Below, piece by piece: positions 57,454 to 64,000 of a stretch of 64,000 bases of DNA. Position 1 is the stretch's first letter; each line of letters opens with the position of its first letter. Below the pieces are notes generated by a model. It was not told the DNA's origin. It did not search any database and saw only the letters and a list, made by a program, of their open reading frames with translations. This DNA comes from an uncultured Candidatus Saccharibacteria bacterium. Its GTDB lineage: Bacteria; Patescibacteriota; Minisyncoccia; Phycocordibacterales; SBAW01. The DNA lies in contig CAZTNI010000002.1 in assembly GCA_964615415.1 (NCBI GenBank), positions 104,687 to 168,686 on the forward strand, in the 5' to 3' direction. The translations under genes and the position numbers were made by a program.

Positions 57454-59013
57454 ATGTACAATCGTTCTCTGACTGCTGCTGCGGCGCTCCGTGCTACAGT
57501 GGTGCCCGGACTGTATCGGGAGCTGCCGCTCGAGTCTATCCTTCCGGAGTTCTTTTACGACAAAGGTTACGACCTTGGCGTTGTAAAAGATCTTGCACGG
57601 AAGAGTTATCTCGGCAGTATGCTCGATGGCCTGTTTATGCGTGGCGGAGCTTTCGCTGATGCTTCATCAGTGTTCGAATACTTTGCATTGCGTGACGTGG
57701 GTGGTGTTCGGCGTCATGGAATCACAATTCCATACACCGGCACGCCCGACCAAAACCTCGAAATCGACCGTGTTCTCACGACACTGTCTGACTCTAGTCG
57801 GTTCCTAGGGGAAGGAGCGGGTTCTTCGTTTAAAACGAGGCACTTCTCTCATCCGCCTGATTACCTGCACGTGCCTATAGCGATCGTCGGATATGGTGCG
57901 GCGGGGATCATGGTCCACCGGGCACTCCGCGACCTCGGCTTCGAGAAAATAACCATCTTCGAACGGCGCGAGGCGCTCGGGATCTGGTCCCAGCGGAATG
58001 TCTTTGATGGATCCAGGAACAATCCTCGCAGAATCGAATTCCAGGATTTTAGACTCGACTCAGCTCCGGGAGGAGGAGATGAAGTGAAGAAGTTTCTCCT
58101 TGACTCAAGCATCTTAAGACCGGATCGGCTCGAAGTCGACGAGATCGTTCCTTCCGACCTTGGGCACTTACTCAGTGTCAAAGGAAAAGAGCCTGATGTG
58201 CGGACGTTTCCGATCGTCATCAACTGCTGCGGTATCGGCAAGCCGGTGCCGCTTTCCGACCCCGAACGTATGCTGGGGCCAGATGAGCGGGTGCCGGCGG
58301 TTCGCTGGCAGATGCAGCTCGAGGAAAAGGACGCTCGGAGAAAGCGTTTCATCCTGATCGGTCTTGGGAATTCGACCGCGGAAATGCTTCGGCAGATCCA
58401 CGCCCTCCAGGACGAAGGCGTTGACGTCGACTATCGGGTCCTTACCCACTATCCGCGCGACGCGGTCTTCAACCCCTCTCACTCTGTGGAGTTGCACGGG
58501 AGGATCTATCGAGTCTTTCGCGACCTAAGTCGGCCTGAGCTAACGTCCTTTCAGGGCGATCTGCCAGTCTCCCGAGAAGACTACTACCGGGCGCTTCACG
58601 GCGGCCGGATATTTTCTGGAGTCACGCAGTGGGATGTGTCTCAAAACGGCAGGCTCGGCGTTTGGCAAGGAAATGATAGAGGAGACGCTCATACGGAGCT
58701 GTCCTACGACGCTCTGTATGCGTTGATCGGGTATCGCCACTCGAAGGAGAGTTTCGAGGCGATGGGGTGCACCTACGACCACGTTGGAAGGTGTGCTCAA
58801 TACGACTACGACGGCGAGATGATCCGTACGCCGGGCAAAACCGGTGGGGATCGCGTGCATAAGGGATACTTCGGGTTCGGTGCGGTGCTGGATGCACCGC
58901 ATAACCGCAACACGAGCGTCATTCCCGGCATGCTATTCCGCCTCCCGGACCTCATCTTCGGCATCACTATGCGAGCCGGAGAGTGGGTCCGCCGGGAGCG
59001 GGTCAAGCATTGA
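57454..59013 (+). CDS. FAD/NAD(P)-dependent oxidoreductase, class B flavin monooxygenase-like
   Basis: IAIVGYGAAG...IFERR...GIW (FAD site); FILIGLGNSTAEM (NAD(P)H site); LYALIGY; consensus promoter TTGACT-N17-TATAAT; AAGGAG SD. Confidence 0.7.
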   Translation: MYNRSLTAAAALRATVVPGLYRELPLESILPEFFYDKGYDLGVVKDLARKSYLGSMLDGLFMRGGAFADASSVFEYFALRDVGGVRRHGITIPYTGTPDQNLEIDRVLTTLSDSSRFLGEGAGSSFKTRHFSHPPDYLHVPIAIVGYGAAGIMVHRALRDLGFEKITIFERREALGIWSQRNVFDGSRNNPRRIEFQDFRLDSAPGGGDEVKKFLLDSSILRPDRLEVDEIVPSDLGHLLSVKGKEPDVRTFPIVINCCGIGKPVPLSDPERMLGPDERVPAVRWQMQLEEKDARRKRFILIGLGNSTAEMLRQIHALQDEGVDVDYRVLTHYPRDAVFNPSHSVELHGRIYRVFRDLSRPELTSFQGDLPVSREDYYRALHGGRIFSGVTQWDVSQNGRLGVWQGNDRGDAHTELSYDALYALIGYRHSKESFEAMGCTYDHVGRCAQYDYDGEMIRTPGKTGGDRVHKGYFGFGAVLDAPHNRNTSVIPGMLFRLPDLIFGITMRAGEWVRRERVKH

Positions 59014-59054
59014 GCTTCATGCAACTCCAACAAAGAAACGGAGGAACACGCACT

Positions 59055-59681
59055 ATGACGCTCACTCAACAGGGCCGAGCCGCGCGAGCGGCAGAAGCCC
59101 CGATCGTTGAAGGGCTTCCGCCCTTTCCCGGAATCATTGCGGCGATGCACCTCACTCCTACACTCGGGGTGCATCTGTGTGGCCTGGCGCAGACACTCAT
59201 GGTCGAGCCCTTCCCGGGTTCGACCATGGAGCGGAGCGAACGCGAGCTGATCGCGCTCCATGTCTCTGTGCGAAACGGCTGCTACTTCTGCGCCGATTCG
59301 CACGGGGAATTCGTCCGCCATCTCCTTCTTGGTGATGGGTGTGACGATGTATACTCCGCACGCGTGGTGGAGGAACTGAAAGAGGGCTGGCTTGAGAGCC
59401 AGCCCGACATGATGAAGGTCCTTCTCAAGATCGCAGAGCAGGTGGCGGAAGACCCGCTTACGCTCTCTGCAGACCTCGTCAGTAGGGCGCAGGACCTCGG
59501 GGCAACTCCTGGCGATATTCACCTTACGGTGCTTATCGCGAGTGCGTTCTCGATGTACAACCGGATCGTCGACGGTCTTCGGGCCGTAACGCCGGGCGAC
59601 CCAGCCGCCTTTACCGAGGCAGCACAGCGGGTCGTCGCTCACGGCTACATGCCGCCGAGTGCAACCCCTGCCCACCTGTAA
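59055..59681 (+). CDS. AhpD/carboxymuconolactone decarboxylase family peroxidase-like protein
   Basis: ERELIA..VS..NGCYFCADSH, IA.AF.MYNR.VDGL; GGAGGA SD. Confidence 0.85.
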   Translation: MTLTQQGRAARAAEAPIVEGLPPFPGIIAAMHLTPTLGVHLCGLAQTLMVEPFPGSTMERSERELIALHVSVRNGCYFCADSHGEFVRHLLLGDGCDDVYSARVVEELKEGWLESQPDMMKVLLKIAEQVAEDPLTLSADLVSRAQDLGATPGDIHLTVLIASAFSMYNRIVDGLRAVTPGDPAAFTEAAQRVVAHGYMPPSATPAHL

Positions 59682-59729
59682 GGGCAGAAAACAAGTTCTT
59701 CAGCCACCCCAAACGGGGTGGCTTTTTTC

Positions 59730-60260
59730 TTACACACTTTTATTTTTTATACTCCAAAGGTGGATGAGGTAGGGCACAATGGAGCCGATAAGGAACGCGC
59801 CCACCGCGCTGGTAAGCAAAGTAAGTGGCTGCATATTGTGGAAAAGAACCGTCGTAAGTCCTACTAAGTTAATAAGCACGAGCGCGCTCATTATGGTGTA
59901 GAAGTTAAGGAAGGTGAGCCAACTAAACTCTTTTACTTCGTCAGTATGAATATGCGCAAAGTGTCGCATGTAGTGCATAAGGCCTTCCATTTTGATGCGC
60001 AACTCGGCAGCGCGGACGCCTACAAAATAACCAGTCAACACTCCTACAAAAAACGCAGGGATCGTGTAGGGGAGTGTAATGAGCGTATATTCGCGGAAGG
60101 AAATAGTGAGGGTGAGGATAATAAATATATAGAACGAGGTCATCAGCAGACGCGCACGACGGAAGTAGTCGTCCACAGCAAATTTAATCGCGGTGCTGTA
60201 GATAAAAAACGCCGTTAAAAGCGCAATAGTTAAAGTAATAGTGAGCGGAAGCTGTTCCAT
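59730..60260 (-). CDS. Hypothetical membrane protein
   Basis: Five hydrophobic segments, 176 aa. Confidence 0.65.
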   Translation of the reverse strand: MEQLPLTITLTIALLTAFFIYSTAIKFAVDDYFRRARLLMTSFYIFIILTLTISFREYTLITLPYTIPAFFVGVLTGYFVGVRAAELRIKMEGLMHYMRHFAHIHTDEVKEFSWLTFLNFYTIMSALVLINLVGLTTVLFHNMQPLTLLTSAVGAFLIGSIVPYLIHLWSIKNKSV

Positions 60261-60743
60261 AGAATCTTGTTAAAACTGTATCATATAAATGAACCACCCC
60301 TTACGTAGCGTATGTATAGGCATGTTCTCCCACTAAAAAACGGCTTTGTTGCAAAGTAGAAAAAAATTCTACACACATTTCGCTTTCTACGACAAAAAAT
60401 ATTTCTAGTAAACTTGCGCACTTGTCAAAGAAATTTTCGAAAATCTTATACACAGCAATAAACCCTTAATTCAGGAGTCCTTCATTTTTTGTACTCTACA
60501 ATTCGAGCGTGTGTGATTCATGAATTAGTTCATGAAGGAGTTCCGTTCCTTTATCACTAAGATTCCGCAACAGCACTATATGGGAATAGTGTCGGTGAGA
60601 ATTTGCAGCAGGGTTCCCGCAACAAAGGCCACGTTTGGTCGCGCAACTTGTGCGTGCCTAAGCGCGGTCTTTTTTGTTGCCACCTTTGGTCGATGAAGGT
60701 GGTGCCCGCTGTGTTTGTGGTTACTAACTAATTAAAATAATTA

Positions 60744-62300
60744 ATGAAACGAATCATTATGAGTTTGGGCGCCATCGTAGTTGTTGGCGCAATAGCAGCA
60801 AGTGCAACGGGCGCATTCTTTAGCGACACAGAAACATCAACAGGTAACACGTTTGCAGCGGGAGATATCGACTTGAAGATTGATAACGAGAGTTATGTAA
60901 CAGATGTGAACGGTACCTTGGTTGCAAGTCCAAATAACTCTTGGAGCATTTCCGACCTTACTAACCAACTCTTCTTTAGCTTTGCAGACGTAAAGCCAGG
61001 AGATGTGGGCGAAGACACGATCTCAGTTCATGCGGGTAGTAACGATGCGTATGCATGTATGGCCGCTGACATAACTGCTACACCAGAAAATACACTTGTT
61101 GACCCAGAAGTGGACGCGCTTGATGCTGGTCCAGCTAATGGAGACAATGGTGAACTTCAGAACTTCCTTAATTTCTCATTCTGGAACGATGACGGAGATA
61201 ATGTCTACGAATCTGATGAGACGATCATTCAGAGTCTTAGTGGTTCTGCAAACACAATCTTTAACGGTGCGTGGAGTCAGATCGGTACAACGACTATTCC
61301 AGGCAACTCAACTGCGTATGTTGCTAAGGCGTGGTGCTTCGGTACTCTCACGCCAAATCCAGTTGCTCAGGATAATGGTTCAGACGAAGGTCGTAGTCCT
61401 TTATCAGACGGGACTGGGTTCACTTGCGATGGTTCAGGTAACAACAACATTGCACAGACCGACGGTGTAGTAATGGATGTTTCCTTCTATGCAGTCCAGG
61501 CTCGTAATAACAGTGACTTTAGCTGTTCAAGTCTTCCTCCGTTTGTTGGCGAGGATAATGAAGTCGTAGTTGCAGACTATGCGACTGGCTTTGAACCAGG
61601 CGAAGGTTTTGCGCCGGGTAATATTAACGGTCAGAGTGGATGGAAAAAGACCGGAACGTACGATGCAGTAGTTGTTAATGATCCTGTGATTGCTAACGCA
61701 CAATCGCTCCGCATCTCTAATGCGGTTACAAGTGGTGCGTTTGGTGACCAGACTTTTGCTCCTGACCTTGCAAATGGAGCAGGAGAGACAGGTATTGGAG
61801 ACAGTGAAAATCATTTCGAAGCGCAGTTCGATATCAAATCAACACAGGCTGCGCAACAGCCTGGCTTGATACTTTCTGTCTCGCCAGATGATGGAAACGG
61901 AGCCCGTATGAGCTATCTTCGCTTTGAGGATCAAGCTGATGGTATCCATGTGTTCTTCTCTGAGGCTCAAAACGCAGGTCCATTACCTACCGCTACTAAC
62001 TTCACAAGTGAAGACATAGCTACTATCGATCGCACTAGTGCACACACGATTAAATTCGTTATGGACTTTGTAGATGGTCCAGGCAACGATGTTGTAAAGA
62101 TCTACGTTGACGGTGTCCTCAAGAAAACAGGAACCAGTTGGGAAAATTACTACCGCTTCGACCCTGAACAAACTGGCGGCGGCAACCTCCTCTCTGAGGT
62201 AGATACCCTTATCTTCCGCGCAGGAGGCACCGCAGCTCCAGCAACGAGTGGTAATGGCTTCCTCTTCGACAAAGTAACGCTTACAACTAGCAATATCTAG
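60744..62300 (+). CDS. TasA/CalY-like protein with SipW-type signal peptide and extra C-terminal beta-sandwich domain
   Basis: ATGAFFSDTETSTGNTFAAGDIDL, DVKPGD.GE. Confidence 0.8.
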   Translation: MKRIIMSLGAIVVVGAIAASATGAFFSDTETSTGNTFAAGDIDLKIDNESYVTDVNGTLVASPNNSWSISDLTNQLFFSFADVKPGDVGEDTISVHAGSNDAYACMAADITATPENTLVDPEVDALDAGPANGDNGELQNFLNFSFWNDDGDNVYESDETIIQSLSGSANTIFNGAWSQIGTTTIPGNSTAYVAKAWCFGTLTPNPVAQDNGSDEGRSPLSDGTGFTCDGSGNNNIAQTDGVVMDVSFYAVQARNNSDFSCSSLPPFVGEDNEVVVADYATGFEPGEGFAPGNINGQSGWKKTGTYDAVVVNDPVIANAQSLRISNAVTSGAFGDQTFAPDLANGAGETGIGDSENHFEAQFDIKSTQAAQQPGLILSVSPDDGNGARMSYLRFEDQADGIHVFFSEAQNAGPLPTATNFTSEDIATIDRTSAHTIKFVMDFVDGPGNDVVKIYVDGVLKKTGTSWENYYRFDPEQTGGGNLLSEVDTLIFRAGGTAAPATSGNGFLFDKVTLTTSNI

Positions 62301-62403
62301 TTCTCTCTAGCCGTTCACAGTCTCGCTTAGGCGGGGCTGTGCGGGCTGGTGAGAATTCTCCAGCATCGTTGGTAAATTAATAATTTTTATTCAGACATTC
62401 ATT

Positions 62404-63789
62404 ATGAGACGCATACTTCTTGGGCTGATAGCTATCGTGGGTGCAGGGTCTGCACTTTACGTCGGCAGTACGGGGGCATTCTTTAGCGACACGGAAACAT
62501 CCTCAGGTAACACGTTTGCTGCAGGCGCTATCGACCTTCTGGTCGACAACGAAAGCTACTACAACGGCGTGCTGAACCAAGGCACCACGTGGGAGGCAGT
62601 AAACCTCACTATCCAGAAGTTTTTTGACTTCGACGACGTAAAACCTGCCGACTACGGCGAGGATACTATTTCGCTCCATGTCGACACCAACGATGCGTAC
62701 CTCTGTGCTGAAGTATCGCTTACATCGAACGACGACAACGGCATTAACGAGCCTGAAGGCGATGCGGGTGACACGACCGACGGTCCGGGGAATGGCGAGC
62801 TTGCCGACGCAATGAACTTTGTCTGGTGGGCGGACGATGGCGACAATGTGCTTGAAACGAACGAGCAAGTAATCTCGCAGGGTCCTATTGGTGCACTCGA
62901 CCTTAACGCGACGACTACTGTTGCGCTTGCAGACTCTGCAACAAATATCTGGGGCGGCGTGGGACCAATTGATGGCGACACCACTTACTACGTTGGTAAA
63001 GCATGGTGCTTTGGTGCGATAGGCACTGCTCCCATTACGCAAGATGGTAATGGGACAACCATGTCTCCTGCTGGCGACAATAATGGCAATCAGACTATCG
63101 GCGAGCCAGAAGACGGCGGCATAACCTGCAACGGTGCGGACCTCGGAAACGAAACGCAGACAGACTCTGTTACTGCAGATGTCTCCTTCCGTGCAGTGCA
63201 GGCGCGCAATAACCCGAGCTTCCTGTGTGTGCCGCCTCCACCACCACCGACCTTTGGCGCCTGCGAACTTCCCACGCTCGCATATGCCGACAGTGTCGTT
63301 TCTTCAAGCCAAGGTGTTCGTAAAAATAACACTGCAGTTCTTGCGAACCGCAGCAACACCGCTTCAGTCCTTGGTGCACCACAATCATCTGGTCTTGCGT
63401 CCGACCCAGCAGTACCGGCAGGGAGCTTCTTCTCCCTCGGGTTCAAAAATAGTGGTGCAACGGATGGTGGCTCTATCATCGTCGAGTTTACCGATAACGT
63501 TATAGTGGACGGTCCGGGTAACGACCTCCAGGTGTGGGAAGTAACGGGCGGCACCTATCCAGATGAATTCGTAAAAGTTGAAGTCTCGCAAGATGGAGTA
63601 AGTTGGTTTACTGCGGCTGCAAGTCTCTCGCGCGATGCACAGGCTGACCTTGCAGGTTCGGGTCTTGCGTGGGCAAAGTTCATCCGCTTAACCGATGTAA
63701 CTCCTATTGGTCCGTTTGAAGCAGAGGCAGATGCCTACGACCTAGACGCCTTCAGCGCACTTAACTGCGGCGTGCCTCTGATTGATTAA
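62404..63789 (+). CDS. TasA/CalY-like protein with SipW-type signal peptide, Pro linker and different C-terminal domain
   Basis: TGAFFSDTETSSGNTFAAGAIDL, DVKP.D.GEDTIS.HV; PPPPPP linker. Confidence 0.8.
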   Translation: MRRILLGLIAIVGAGSALYVGSTGAFFSDTETSSGNTFAAGAIDLLVDNESYYNGVLNQGTTWEAVNLTIQKFFDFDDVKPADYGEDTISLHVDTNDAYLCAEVSLTSNDDNGINEPEGDAGDTTDGPGNGELADAMNFVWWADDGDNVLETNEQVISQGPIGALDLNATTTVALADSATNIWGGVGPIDGDTTYYVGKAWCFGAIGTAPITQDGNGTTMSPAGDNNGNQTIGEPEDGGITCNGADLGNETQTDSVTADVSFRAVQARNNPSFLCVPPPPPPTFGACELPTLAYADSVVSSSQGVRKNNTAVLANRSNTASVLGAPQSSGLASDPAVPAGSFFSLGFKNSGATDGGSIIVEFTDNVIVDGPGNDLQVWEVTGGTYPDEFVKVEVSQDGVSWFTAAASLSRDAQADLAGSGLAWAKFIRLTDVTPIGPFEAEADAYDLDAFSALNCGVPLID

Positions 63790-63812
63790 AACAACAAATC
63801 GACTTCCTGCTG

Positions 63813-64000
63813 ATGAAAAAAACTTCACGACACATAGGTAAGAGAGCGCTCCTCATTTTTGGAGCACTCTCCCTTGTCGTGGGTCTCTCGCAACTACGTG
63901 CAGAGGCGACGGGTACAACGTTTGCGGGTGGCAACTTTGACCTGAAGGTAGACAGTGAGGCGAGCTATAACGGCGCTCCTGTCCCGGGAGGCACATGGTC
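63813..64000 (+). CDS. Third TasA-like protein, partial (runs off window end)
   Basis: MKKTSRHIGKRALLIFGALSLVVGLSQLRAEATGTTFAGGNFDLKVDSEASYNG..., similar to the TFAAG.IDL.VD..SYYNG motif of its neighbours. Confidence 0.6.
   Translation, partial: MKKTSRHIGKRALLIFGALSLVVGLSQLRAEATGTTFAGGNFDLKVDSEASYNGAPVPGGTW

Noticed and set aside
1-64000. CRISPR array, integron cassette array, IS element or rRNA
   Set aside because: No regularly spaced direct repeats, attC-like sites, transposase/integrase ORFs or rRNA signatures found by eye. The many hairpins are dissimilar in sequence and look like intrinsic terminators.

Overview
Bacterial chromosomal window, most consistent with a Patescibacteria/CPR (Parcubacteria-like) genome. 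This is inferred from gene content (SWIB protein, type IV pilin, cyoABCDE, SipW-type/TasA proteins, many apparently leaderless genes); TGA serves as stop (standard code). Housekeeping genes (typA, tgt, uvrB/uvrA/uvrC, ddl, msrA, a TrmH-family methyltransferase, tRNA-Ala, tRNA-Pro, cyoABCDE) are interleaved with many self-contained accessory units. Two accessory systems stand out. (1) An 8.3-kb island (18.3-26.6 kb) carries five copies of a 21-bp palindrome (TTAGTGT-N7-ACACTAA, NrtR-box type). These link NAD+ salvage and ADP-ribose turnover genes (NAMPT, NadM-Nudix, ADP-ribosylglycohydrolase, NrtR) to a divergent operon encoding a J-domain pseudokinase, a vWA protein and an adenylosuccinate-synthetase paralogue whose aspartate-binding loop is replaced. 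(2) A three-gene ubiquitin-like conjugation operon (coiled-coil E2-like, E1/ThiF, Ubl ending in -GS; 47.6-49.9 kb) has no adjacent JAB peptidase. Other observations: a candidate independently transcribed structured ncRNA between uvrB and uvrA, a tRNA-Pro with a duplicated 5' half and an extended acceptor stem, two paralogous secreted 4-Cys proteins, and a flavin-monooxygenase/AhpD-like pair. No CRISPR array, integrase, transposase or rRNA was seen. All calls come from manual motif reading, with no database searches.
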